DNA from: Octopus sinensis
Lineage: Eukaryota
NCBI RefSeq assembly: GCF_006345805.1
Contig: NC_042997.1
Span: 12,028,001-12,092,000, forward strand
Reading direction: 5' to 3'
Length of the DNA stretch: 64,000 nt
Shown: piece after piece, positions 1-13,090 of the stretch
Numbering within the stretch: position 1 is the stretch's first letter
Layout of the letters: the number at the start of each line of letters is the position of its first letter
Translations under genes and position numbers: made by a program
Notes under the pieces: generated by a model
Seen by the model: only the letters and a program-made list of their open reading frames with translations
What the model was told of the DNA's origin: nothing
The model's database searches: none

Positions 1-9
1 CTCTCGCTC

Positions 10-1057
<1,048 letters not shown>

Positions 1058-1087
<30 letters not shown>

Positions 1088-1133
1088 CAAACACACACAC
1101 ACGCCCAGATATGCGCATTTGTGTGTGTGGGTG

Positions 1134-1164
<31 letters not shown>

Positions 1165-1545
1165 GCGTGCTTATATACAGATAATATACAAGTATATGTT
1201 TATATATGTTAATAAGTAATAATATGTATATGTATATTCCCATAAAGTCATACATACACACACACATATATATAAGCATATATATACGTTATACAGATGT
1301 ATTTATATGTGACTATTTATATATTTATATGTGTGTACGTGGGTACATATATATATATATATATATATATACATACCTACACACACAAACACACACACAT
1401 ATATATATATATACACACACATTTATACAGGGATGTACACACACTCGCATACACGCACGTACACACTCAAACACAGCATATTCACACACAGACACACACA
1501 CACACACACATACGCACTCACACACACGGACACTCAAACGAATAT
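1058..1545. repeat. (TA)n/(CA)n compound microsatellite
   Basis: Directly visible. Confidence 0.9.
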
Positions 1546-1682
1546 ATATATCCACACCGCAAAAGCAATAACTATTCCAGCAGAAAAGAAAATGTATTGC
1601 TGTGACATTAACCGGAAGTAGGGAATAGATTGCCAAAGACAAAATATATTGATCGGAAGTAATGTAGATTGCAGTGTGTCAA

Positions 1683-1986
1683 TGATGAGGTTAACGACAG
1701 TGACGGTGGCGGCACTGCTGATGACCATGGTGACGCCGCCTACAATGACGACGACGTCGACGATGATGATGATGATGATGATGATGATGACGATGATGAT
1801 GGTGACGATGATGATGGTGACGATGATGATTATGATGATGATGGTTACGATGATGATGATGATTATGATGATGATGGTTACGATGATGTTGATAATGATG
1901 ATGATGATGATGATGATGGTGACGATGATGTTGATGATGATGAAGAGTGTGATAATAGCGACGGCGATGATGATGAGGATGATAAA

Positions 1987-2035
<49 letters not shown>

Positions 2036-2127
2036 ACGATGATGTTGATAATGATGATGATGATGAAGAGTGTGATAATAGCGACGGTGATGATAATGAT
2101 GAAATTGATATTTATGATGATGATGAC

Positions 2128-2181
<54 letters not shown>

Positions 2182-2245
2182 AATGATGATGATGATGATG
2201 ATGATGATGACGACGACAATGATCTTGATGATGGTGATGGTATAG
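1683..2245. repeat. Degenerate (GAT)n array
   Basis: About 560 bp of GAT/GAC/GGT triplets. GAAGAGTGTGATAATAGCGACGG occurs at 1942 and 2065. Confidence 0.95.
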
Positions 2246-2599
2246 GCAGAAGGCGAAGTCAAAAGAAATAATAACATAGAAGAGAGAATATAACCGGTAA
2301 AATATCGCTGGAATACGTAAAAAATAAAAAAAATAATAACTATGTGTAATAATATATAAAACCGTAAAAAAAAATAAGCAAAAGCATCTATGTACAAAAA
2401 ATATAAAAAATAAAACACCTATAAATAGCACATCACACAACAACGACTACAACAACAGCAATAACGACAACCACAACGTGGAAAGAATATCATCAATATA
2501 AAAACAATAACAGAGCTTCATTGACTAGCATCGGGTATCTTGCCTGAAGTGTCTCTTTTTACTGTTTTATTCCGACAGTAATACAAGGAGTCGCCTGTC

Positions 2600-2930
2600 T
2601 CTAGTATCGTTGCCATGCTATCGGATTGTTTTTTGTTTGTGGTTTTTGCTGTGCGGATGATGGCGTTGGTGGTTGTGTTGGGCAGCAGTGGCGATGGTAG
2701 TTGTGGCGGCGGTGGTGGTGGTGGTGGTGGAATCGGATCGGTGTTGGTAGCATCGGTTATGCAGATGGTAGTGTTGATTGTGATGGTATTGGCAGTGATG
2801 GTGGTATTGGTGTTGTTGACAGAATCGGTGGTGTTAGCGGGATTGGTGATGTTCAACTTGGTTGTGTAGATGATTGCGTTTTACTGTGGTGGTGGTGGTG
2901 GTGGTGGTGGTGGTGATGGCGATGGTATTA
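2600..2930. repeat. Degenerate (GGT)n low-complexity tract
   Basis: GGT/GTT-rich triplet runs. Confidence 0.8.
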
Positions 2931-2941
2931 CTACTGTATTT

Positions 2942-3175
2942 AAGGCGGCGAGCTGGCAGAAACTTTAGCACGCCGGGCGAAATGCGTAGCCGTATTTCGT
3001 CTGCCGCTACGTTCTACGTTCAAATTCCGCCTAGGTCGACTTTGCCTCTCATCCTTTCGGGGTCGATTAAATAAGTATCAGTCACGCACTGGGGTCGATA
3101 TAATCGACTTAATCCGTTTGTCTGTCCTTGTTTGTCCCCTCTGTGTTTAGCCCCTTGTGGGTAGTAAAGAAATAG
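2942..3175 (+). mobile_element. SINE family A, tail type 1
   Basis: AAGGCGGCGAGCTGGCAGAA head, B-box-like GTTCAAATTCC, tail ...GCCCCTTGTGGGTAGTAAAGAAATAG. Homologous to copies at 24664, 46495 and 62520. Confidence 0.9.
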
Positions 3176-3561
3176 ATATTGCTTCTGTATTTGAATGTGT
3201 TGGAGATAGTGTCGGCCGTGTCGTTGGCGGTGTTGGTACTAATGTCAGTTGTTGTACTGTTTGTAATGTTGCTGATGGTGGCGTTGGTGTTGGTGATATG
3301 ATGATGTGATGGTAAAGTTGGTGCTGGTGCTGATGATGTTGATGGCGACCGAAATAATGTTGGCAATATTCATGATGTTCTTGAGTTGATGATAATAGTC
3401 TTGATGGTATTGTCGAAGTTGGTGGAGTGTATAATTGTTTTGAGGGTGAAGTCAATGTTCATGGTTTGCGTACTGGGTCGTTGTTGTTGGCAAAAGCAAT
3501 GTTCTTGTTGGTAATATCATCTGTATGGTGATGTTGGTTTTGTGGAGCTGGTGCTATTGTT

Positions 3562-3961
3562 AAATGTGGTAACATATAACAATATTGACCAAGGTTACCG
3601 TGGTCTTTTTCGTAGGCTTTTCTTCCCACGGATAAACCTTACTTGCTTTCCCCTTTACACCATACATCATGACACTGTGATACACGATCCCTATTGATCG
3701 TTTTTCCCCTCCCCCTTTTTTCCTCTTTTTTCTTCTTTTTTCATTTTTCTTTTCTTTTTTCCCTTTTTCTTTTTTTTCTTTTCCTTTTTTCTTTTTTCTT
3801 TTCCTTTTTTTCTTTTTTTCCTTTTTTTTGTTCTTTTTTCCCTTTTACGATCCCTTTTGATCGAAAACCTACGCCACCTTTTTTTTTCTCCCCCAAAAGA
3901 AAAGCTCTACCTTGTAACTTTTCCCATCTGTGTGCAGCCCTGTGTGGCCAAAAAAGAAACT
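3562..3961 (+). mobile_element. 3' UTR-only copy of the Tx1/L1-like LINE
   Basis: Matches about 4955-5319 apart from the T-rich tract. Ends AAAGAAAC, followed by (TATC)n. Confidence 0.85.
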
Positions 3962-4075
3962 TATCTATCTATCTATCTATCTATATATCTGTCTGTCAGC
4001 CAGTCTGACTGTCTTTCTGCCAGTCTGACTGTCTATCTGCCAGTCTGACTACTTGTCTATCTATCTATCTATCTC

Positions 4076-4144
<69 letters not shown>

Positions 4145-4147
<3 letters not shown>

Positions 4148-5318
4148 GTCTCCATGACCGAACTGCGGTCGTGGATCAAAAAGAGGCCGAGGAAGGGCGA
4201 ATGGCACCGCGAGTGTCGCGTTGCTCTCAAGCAACTCTGCCGTCCTGGGTCGACCTTGAGTGACTTCAACACAACCAAAGCATCCTATAGGGGATTAGTG
4301 GAGGGGAGGTACGACGACGAGCTCGGGGCGAACCTGGACGTCGACGAGGAGTACCTGACCCGCCTGTTCAGGATGACTTTCGGGCCAGGGCCCATGGACA
4401 ACTTCCAGAGATCCCTGGCTTGGCAGTGTTACCGAGAAGCGCTACCCGTTCGGGATAAGCTCTACAGACACGGCTCGAGAAACAGGGGCCGACCTGCCCG
4501 AGATGCGGTCAGAGCGACGAAACCGTTCTGCACGCACTCGTGCAGTGTCCAACAATTTCCGACCTGTGGGCTTGTGTCGAACAACTGCTGTCACGTGTGG
4601 GACGAGTCGGTTTATCAGCTGAGTCTATCGTCAATATTGTCACGCCTCCTTCCTTCAAACGGGAAGGAAGAGCTATTTTCATCATCCTTGTGGCTATGGC
4701 GAAAGAATGTATCTGGTGGACGCGTCTGAAAGGATTGGAGACAAACACTTTCCTCTCTGGTCAATCTCTCATCAACTTCTTCAAGTACCACTTGAAAAGG
4801 AAAGTGAGAGTAGAGAAGCAAGTTTTGTCTAGCGAATGTTTTAAAAAAAGATGGGTGAATGTAGCAAGGATGGCACGTATGAATGACGAAGCCAACTTGA
4901 GCATAATCCTATGAACTCAGAAATTGAAAACAGAGGGTTACCCACTTGCAAACAAATGTGGTAACATATAACAATATTTACCAAGGTTACCGTGGTCTTT
5001 TTCGTAGGCTTTTCTTCCCACGGATAAACCTTACTTGCTTTCCCCTTTACACCATATATCATAACACTGTGATACACGATCCCTATTGATCGTTCTTTTT
5101 TTTCTTCTTCCCCCTTTTTTCTTCTTTTTTCATTTCTCTTTTCTTTTGTTCCTTTTCCTTTTCTTTTTTTCTTTTTATTCTTTTTATTTTTTATTTTATT
5201 TATTTATTATTATTATTATTTTTTCTTTTGTTTTTTGTTTTTTTCATCCCCCAAAAGAAAAGCTCTACCTTGTAACTTGTCCCATCTGTGTGCAGCCCTG
5301 TGTGGCCAATAAAGAAAC

Positions 5319-5319
<1 letters not shown>
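4145..5319 (+). mobile_element. 5'-truncated Tx1/L1-clade LINE (ORF2 C-terminus with zinc knuckle, plus 3' UTR)
   Basis: Joining ORFs 4154 and 4540 across a frameshift near 4487 gives ...LAWQCYREALPVRDKLYRHG..GPTCPRCGQSDETVLHALVQCPTISDLW...: a CX2CX8HX4C knuckle typical of L1/Tx1 ORF2. Stop at 4912-4914, AATAAA at 5308, (TATC)n on both sides. Confidence 0.85.
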
Positions 5320-5392
<73 letters not shown>

Positions 5393-5400
5393 GTCACTGA

Positions 5401-5435
<35 letters not shown>

Positions 5436-5542
5436 CATCTATCTATGTATGTATGTATGTATGTATGTATGTATGTATGTATGTATGTATGTATGTATGT
5501 ATCTATCTATCTATCTATCTATCTAACTATCTATCTATCTCC

Positions 5543-5608
<66 letters not shown>

Positions 5609-5650
5609 GTCTATCTATCTTTCTACCTACCTAACTATCTGTCTGTCTGT
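5320..5650. repeat. (TATC)n/(TATG)n microsatellite
   Basis: Directly visible. Confidence 0.95.
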
Positions 5651-5937
5651 CAATGGACTTATCGTGTACAGTGATCAGGTGTAACAACAAATTATCAGAA
5701 AACAGTAGCCAAAAGTGTTCGAACAGTACATATGGGTTTAAATGCAAGGGGTGCCTGCTGAAGCTTCTCCGCAAATTTTCTTTCTTCATAATCTCGCTTC
5801 AAGATGGCTCCCATTGTCGGTTCCAAGTATCTTTAATAACTTTCTCTACAAAGGAGATGCATAGATACGTGATACGCGGGCAGCTAACACTGGAGTTGTT
5901 GACTTAGTTTCCATTTTCCTGTGGACGCAACAGTAAC

Positions 5938-6511
5938 TATGTATGAATATCAACATTCAGTTTTCTTTCAAGGTTTCTTGCCCATAGAGAAACAGCCGGT
6001 TTCGAACCTAGACAAAGGTTCCTTCACTGGAATTTCAACAATATCAAAAGGGTATTTTTGTACGTGTGATTATGTGCAGATTAGTATGTTTTTTGTGTGT
6101 GTGTGTCTTCTCATGCATATATTTGCATGTTCTAGACATGCTCATATATACTTAAATTATTTACTAGGAAATTTTACAGATTTTTCCAGTTCCATTGATG
6201 GATTGGATTTGTAGTCTTCGAATCAGTTTTCTCCTGTCTGGTTTTGAGAAGCCTAATTTCTCAAGATCATTTAGGCACTGTATTATCCATCCCAGTGTCC
6301 CAATAAACCTGAGTAACTGCAGATTTCTCAATAGTTCAACGTAGGTATTCTCTTTTTCGCTGATCTTCAACTGTATGTTAATATCAGCTGGGAAACTGAT
6401 TTTCACACCTGTATACAGTGTCTCTCCTCTATCCCAAATCATTATATCAGGTCTGTTGTGCTTACATTTTATTGAGGTTTTCGCTGGGACATTCTTCCAG
6501 TATGCCTTGTA
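5938..6511 (-). mobile_element. R4/Dong-like LINE 3' fragment (restriction-like endonuclease)
   Basis: Minus strand reads YWKNVPAKTSIKCKHNRPDIMIWD...KISEKENTYVELLRNLQLL...LEKLGFSKPDRRKLIRRLQIQSINGTGKICK, a PD-(D/E)xK-type RLE C-terminus, with frameshifts. The 5' junction lies in (CATA)n. Confidence 0.75.
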
Positions 6512-7169
6512 TGAATGTATGTATGTATGTATGTATGTATGTATGTATTATGTTTGTATGTATGTGTGTGTGTATGTATGTATGTATGTATGCATGCATG
6601 CATGCATGCATGTATGTATGTATGTATGTATGTATGTATGTATGTATGTATGTATGTCCCTGTGTGTATAGATATGTGCATGTTTGTATGTTTGCTTGAA
6701 AACTTACGCAAGCAAAAGTGACAATTCTATCTTTGGCAGTGCTTAAGCCTACTTGACTATTAATTCTTACAATACTGAAGTTAAAAAGCAAGTTATCAAC
6801 TGACTTCAGTCAAATAGCTATATGCGACACCAAAACAGTTTGAGAAATCATTACTTGAAAAGGGCAACTAAAATACAAAGGAAATTAAACATTCTTTTCT
6901 CTCACCCTTCCACAATTTGTATCTCCAATTTACTTTTTCCCCATCTCTCTCCATCCCTTTCTCCCCCCCCTCTCTCTCTCTCTCATGACCACCTTCTGTA
7001 TCTATCAGTTCATCTAATCCCCCTCTGTTTTGATTGATTATACTCATTACACTTAGCATTTTCATACCTTCGAAATAAATTTTCCGAAACCCAGATTTAT
7101 TATACATCACCTGGCTAGTTATTCATCCATCTATTTATCTTTCCATTAATCCACGTATTTATCTATGCA

Positions 7170-7283
7170 TTTATAAAATCTCCTATCTAGCTATCTATCT
7201 AACTGTCTGTCTGTCTAACTGTCCGTCCATCCGTCCGTCTTTCTGTCGGTCTGTCTGTCTGTCTGTCTGTCTATGTATGTATG

Positions 7284-7354
<71 letters not shown>

Positions 7355-7393
7355 TTACCTACCTACCTACCTATCTATTTGTCTGTTTCTCTC

Positions 7394-7470
<77 letters not shown>

Positions 7471-7520
7471 TTGTGTGTGTGTGTGTCTATCCGTCTTTCT
7501 GTCTATCCATCTAACCGTCC
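7170..7520. repeat. Compound TCTG/TATC/CT/TA/TG microsatellite
   Basis: Directly visible. Confidence 0.9.
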
Positions 7521-8181
7521 GTCCTACCGTCCATCTGTACATTCATTAATAGCCTACAGCAAAAACAATGAATACTAAACGAGCCCTGCAACAATGTTTG
7601 CAACGACAACAACCTTGCCAACAAGCTCGCTAACTATACTCTTTAAGGGAGAAATAACAAAAAATTTACGTAGAAAACTTATTACTCATATAAACTGAAG
7701 AGTTTGCCTGATGTAGTAGCATTTGTTTGATAATGTTTTAGTGAATGTTATTGCTGTTGTCGTTGATGTCGTCGAGGCTGTTGTTGTCTTTGTGTTAATG
7801 TTGTTGTCGATATTCATTTCAATGGGTTTTTCAGTGAACGTTGATGATCGAAGGAAGGGAAGAAAAATGTAAACAAACACAATAAAAGACGAGGAATATA
7901 AGAGAAGAGCAAAAAGGGAAAATTCATCGACGTTAAGAAGAATATTGGGACGCATATGAGACGAAGGGAGTTGGCTGAAAGGAAATGAGGAGATGTGGTT
8001 ATATAGATACATAAGAGCGGGAGAGAGAGATTGATGAAAAGGGAGAGAAAGAAAAACCGTATAGAAAGGTAGATAGATAAACAGAAACAATAAACTGTGA
8101 TACAATATGCGGGTAGAGTCTGATACACATACACTCATAAACAAATACATACGTCGGTATATATGTATAATATATAATATA

Positions 8182-8233
<52 letters not shown>

Positions 8234-9063
8234 ATCTGTCTGTCTGTCTGTCTCTCTCTCTATATATTATATATATGAGAGAGAGAGAGAGACGAAAGGG
8301 AGAAAGAGAGAGAGAACGAGAGCGAGAAAGAGAGAGAGAAAGAGAGAGAAAAGAGAAATAGAGAGTGAGAGAAAGAGAGAGAGAGAGAGAGGCACACACA
8401 CAGATAAATACACCTTTGGAAAAAGGGAGAAAGCAATAGAAAGAATTATAGTGAGAGAGAGGGGGGAGAAATAAAAGAGAAAAACGAAAGTAAAATGTGC
8501 AGAGAAGGGAGATTCTTTAGAATGTTTGAGCACTTTTAGGTGTAAGGCAAATGGAGGAACAAATACACAAAAACAACAACAACAACAAAAGAACCAAAAC
8601 CAAAAAATCTCAGCAAACTATTGCTAAATACCATAAACAAAGTAACACAACTTGCAAAAGAAAGCCGCACACCGAAGAAAAAAACCCAAAAATAACCCCG
8701 AAAAAATGCGCCTGAAAGAGCGCTCGTTCTTCAAAACAAAAAAAGAAAACAGAAACAACGGAGTGGAAAACAAATATGGCGTTAGTAGTATAAAACTACA
8801 TTCTGATATCACCGTTGAGTTGAGCCTTCGGAGCAATGAATTAGTCAAGGCAGTCAGTCAATCAGTCATTTATTTGGCATGTTTGCATATCACTAGTAAT
8901 TAATTTTTCCGTCTGTTTGTTTGATACATCTTGATGATGATACACCAGCAACACATTCATTCATTCATTCGCTCTTTCCACTTTCCTTGCTTTCTTTTAT
9001 CATTATTATTTGTGTTTTTTTTGTTTACTTGTTTGTGTGTGTGTGTGTCTATAGTCATTATTT

Positions 9064-9163
9064 NNNNNNNNNNNNNNNNNNNNNNNNNNNNNNNNNNNNN
9101 NNNNNNNNNNNNNNNNNNNNNNNNNNNNNNNNNNNNNNNNNNNNNNNNNNNNNNNNNNNNNNN
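9064..9163. other. Assembly gap (100 N)
   Basis: Exactly 100 N beside a (TA)n run; a placeholder of unknown true size. Confidence 1.
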
Positions 9164-9195
<32 letters not shown>

Positions 9196-9198
<3 letters not shown>

Positions 9199-9326
9199 GG
9201 TGTCCCAAAACAATGTATACACACCTTAAATAATTGTTAAATTGTTATTCTTTGTAAGCCTAGTACTTATTCTATCGTTCTCTTTTGCCGAACCACTATG
9301 TGTATACATTTTTTTGGGACACCCTG
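9196..9326. mobile_element. Tc1/mariner-type MITE
   Basis: 28-bp TIR CAGGGTGTCCCAAAA(C/A)AATGTATACACA with 1 mismatch, TA on both flanks, 131 bp long. Confidence 0.85.
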
Positions 9327-9328
9327 TA

Positions 9329-9680
9329 TATAATTATTTTAAGAGAGAAAGCCAAAACAAGACTTATCTGTTCCGTACTGAATTAATGTCCAAGCATTAT
9401 GAAGCAACTGAAAAAACTCCATAAGATACATGCGATTGAAAGCGGGCTAGTGAGAAGATATTTTAAAAGACTCCACACTAATTGTGAATTACCTAATTTC
9501 AAGATAAAGATATAGAATAGATTTTTTACTATCTTCAGCGCAATATGTGTAAACGCGTGTTTATGTATACACATAACAAAGCGAGTTTGCACGTCTATAC
9601 GCAAACACTGATTTTTCGTAGCTTCGTAATGCTTGGAGAAGATAAGTCTTGATTTGACTTTCTTCCTTAAAATAATTATA
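9329..9680. mobile_element. Foldback/MITE-like repeat with imperfect long inverted ends
   Basis: TATAATTATTTTAAGAGAGAAAGCCAAAACAAGACTTATC matches the reverse complement of 9641-9680. A partial inverted homologue lies at about 10250-10480. Confidence 0.6.
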
Positions 9681-9685
9681 TATAT

Positions 9686-10033
9686 GCACAAGTGGCTGTG
9701 TGGTAAGTAGCTTGCTTACCAGCCACGTGGTTCCGGGTTCAGTCCCATTGCGTGGCACTTTGGGAAGTGTCTTCTACTATAGCCTAGGGCCAACAAAAGT
9801 CTTGTGAGTAGATTTGGTAGAAGGAAACTGAAGGAAGCCCGTCGTGTCTGTATTTGTGGCCCCAACATCGCTTGACAACCGATGCTGGCGTGTTCACGTC
9901 CCCGTAACTTAGCGGTTTGGCAAAAGAGACCGATAGAATATGTTCTAGGCTTACAAAGTCCTGGGGTCGATTTGCCCGACTAAAGGCGGCGCTCCATCAT
10001 GGCTGCAGTCAAATGACTGAAAAAAATAAAAGA
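9686..10033 (+). mobile_element. SINE family B
   Basis: A-box-like TGGCTGTGTGG, B-box-like GGTTCAGTCCC, and 3' GCAGTCAAATGACTGAAA tail shared with many copies in the window. Confidence 0.9.
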
Positions 10034-10491
10034 AAATAGGTATTAATTTAATATATAAATTGCTATAAAATTCTTTTTCCATGCCGACTACCTGATAATT
10101 ATTGTTAACATGATTTTTATCCTTATTTTATGAATATATAAATAAATGAAATATCAGTATAGTATTTTTACTCCGCATAAAGAATCCGCCTTATCTGCGG
10201 TCCTATTTTTGATAGAAATACATGTGGTCGTCGTACGAAGATTTTAATATGACTCGCTTTGTCATGGGTATGTATAAACAGTAGTTCGTACATTTTTGTT
10301 ACGTATATTGCGCTGAAGATAGAAGAAAATATATTTAAGCTTCTAATCTTCTAATTATCTAATTATCTAATTAATGTGGTGTCCTTATAAATATCCCCCA
10401 CTAGCCCGCTTTCAATCGCATGTATCTATGGAGTGTTTTTGGTAGCTTCGTAATACTTGGACATTAATTCAGTATGGAGGAGATATATATA

Positions 10492-11778
10492 CAAGGTGCG
10501 TAAGATATTTGAGGACAGATTTATGTTTATAAACAAAACAGATATATAATAATAGATAACTCTATTTATCAAAAAATGCTATGAGGATAAAAATGAACCA
10601 TTTTTTTCTATAATATTATTAAATAAATCCACCTTCAGCTTCAAAAACTGCTTCTATATGAAATCTATATCATCTACATGCTCGAATCAAGTGGTCATGG
10701 TTCATGTTGGACATTACTCTGGCTATTGCAGCTTTTAAAGAATCGTTGGTGTTACTGGTGTGTTCATTGAGGCAAAATATTCGCTAGGAGGAAAAATATT
10801 AGGGGTTATGTGATCATGAAATTTTCAGCCCTCCATTCCTGTGCTACTAAAGCCATGTGTGATAGTGCAGGGACTTACTGAAACGTATATGGCTTTCCAA
10901 TGCATACACTGTCTACCCAGAGCTTAACAACTATTTTCAGGCCCCCAAGGTAGGCAACAGAATTAACTCTAAGGCCTTCTGGAAAGAAGTAAGGTGATAT
11001 CACATGTCCTTCATTGTTGATAGCCCCTAAAATCATGACAGTTTCAGGAAATTTGGTATGCATAACACTTGGAACTACAGAAGGGGCTGCACATAAGCAT
11101 CTGTCATTTTTTCTGTTAACTTTTTTGAGAAAAACCAAATCAAATTTTCTTCTGCTGGATTTTCCAGTTTGTTTAAGAGCCTTTTAGATCTGATGTAGTG
11201 ATTTTCTTTTGCTTTTTCTGACAAATTGACCTTTCATCATCATATAAGACATATTTGATGTCTTCGTGGACAACACTTCTGTCTGTTCCTTCTGACACAT
11301 GCACATCTTTTGCAATTGACCACATTTTCTGGGATTGTAATCAATGATCTGTTGAACTTGCTGGATAAATTCAGTTGTTCTAATGATTTCAGAGCGTTTC
11401 GAACGCTTTTTATGCGTCACTGACGATGTAAACGGAAGATGCCGAAACTGACGTGAGTCTTAAGGATCCTCGGTCGGCATTTTTAGGACAATTATGGTCC
11501 TTGTTAGTGTATTGGTGATACGTTTCCATCTTCAGTCAATAGCTCCTTACAAACTTTGTAGACGAAAGATCTGGCAACTTTTAAAAATCGAGATATTTCT
11601 AAATTGCTATGCTCATCCTTGATAACCACAGCAACAGCACGTCTCTTCATTTCTTTAGTTAGCTGAGGATCTGCTATTATAAATTTTCTGAAATAAAGTT
11701 TATACAGAGTTAGCAAAAACTGCAGCAATGACCCCCCCGCAAAAAAAAGGTATGTCTTCAAATACCTTACGCCCCCTC
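10492..11778 (-). mobile_element. Decayed Tc1/mariner element (maT/DD37D-like transposase pseudogene)
   Basis: Degenerate ~30-bp TIRs, TA flanks, ~1.3 kb. Minus-strand remnants MKRRAVAVVIK..EISRFLKVARSFVYKV, PAEENLIWFFS, KVNRKNDR..HTKFPETVMILG..EGHV..PYFFP, ENFHDHITPNIFPPS and IEAVFEAEGGFI. Segments with catalytic Asp are deleted, so DD37D rests on resemblance only. Confidence 0.85.
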
Positions 11779-11817
11779 TATATATCTTATCTATCTATAT
11801 ATATACATATATATCTG

Positions 11818-11902
<85 letters not shown>

Positions 11903-11909
<7 letters not shown>

Positions 11910-12326
11910 AATATGTTACATTACTCGGTAGTCAAGATAAAACTGAGTTTCAGATGCCGAGTGGGCATGTTCTATGTTTTCTTAGGGGACCAGAAACGTA
12001 ACAGAAATTTAGTCACATGTGGGCATGATCCGAAAAGAACATGCTTTCTATGTTATGTCCCAAGAAGATTTTATATATTTTTATATATTTTTATATATTT
12101 TTTATGTATTTTTATATAATTTTTATGACGAAAAATGCGAGCGAAGTATAAGTACGCAGGCAAGCAGAGTAATAACACAGTAATTTCCCTTTATTTAACG
12201 GTATTTTTTTTATAGCGTTTTCAAATAGCCAGATAACCGAAGAGATGGTGTTGTGGATTTCCACTTCGGCATCTGAAACTCAGAGTTTTATCTTGACTAC
12301 CGAGTAATGTAACATATTATTGTATA
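11903..12326. repeat. Foldback (62-bp inverted ends) containing a hammerhead-like motif
   Basis: 11903-11964 is the reverse complement of 12261-12326. Confidence 0.75.
12231..12293 (+). ncRNA. Hammerhead-like motif (variant core CCGAAGA)
   Basis: agataa CCGAAGA gatg..catc t GAAAC TCAGA GTT ttatct: stem I 6 bp, near-palindromic stem III. Confidence 0.45.
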
Positions 12327-12459
12327 GATAATTTCCTCTATTTACATAATATTGAGGTCTCTTTCTTTCTTTTGTTATCTTACCATTTTACCATATATTA
12401 TATATATAATATATATATATATATCTATATATATATCTATATTATATATATATATATAC

Positions 12460-13090
12460 CACTAGATGTGACTAGGGTGTTAAAAAGCACATATATTGCT
12501 AGAAATAAGAGCTAAAATGCTCTAATGCTGTAGTTAACGTACATGAATGAAAACATATGCATTAACAGGGACCACAATTGTCCAAAAGATGCTGTTAACT
12601 ACAGTATCAGAATATTTAATCTCTTATTTCTAACAATGTAGTTGTTTTACAACTTTCTAGTCAGATTTAGTAACAATTATTATTATCCTTTTTGATGAAT
12701 CATTGCAACCTGCTGTTTATATTAATTTTTTGTATACACATTAGAGAATCGCTAAATCATCCATTAATTTGGATGACGAAAACATATACGCTGATATAGA
12801 AACAGGTCCGGAATTAACCGAACACAGAGCTGGCGTCACTGACAATGTAAACGGAAGATGCCGAAACTGACGTGAGTCTTAAGGATTCTCGGTCGGCATT
12901 TTTAGGACAATTATGGTCCTTGTTAGTGTATATATGTTCATTCATGTGCATTAACTACAGCATTAGAGCATTTTAGCTCTTATTTCTAGCAATGTAAGTA
13001 CTTTTAACCCCTAGTCACATTTAGTGACAGTTATAATTCTCCTGCTTGGTAAAACATTGCAGCCTGCTGTTTACATTCATTTTGTATAGT
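12460..13090. repeat. Inverted-plus-direct duplicated repeat (pseudo-LTR-like)
   Basis: 12460-12595 is the reverse complement of about 12895-13026. About 12600-12735 resembles 12955-13090 as a diverged direct repeat. Confidence 0.7.

Noticed and set aside
1534-2443. Long poly-Asp, poly-Met, poly-Ile and poly-His ORFs
   Set aside because: They are frame translations of one (GAT)n array, with no splice or domain evidence.
2518-2916. Pro/Thr-rich and Gly/Val-rich ORFs
   Set aside because: They derive from degenerate (GGT)n.
8520-8930. Lys/Asn-rich ORF or promoter-like stretch
   Set aside because: A-rich composition explains it; no supportable motif.
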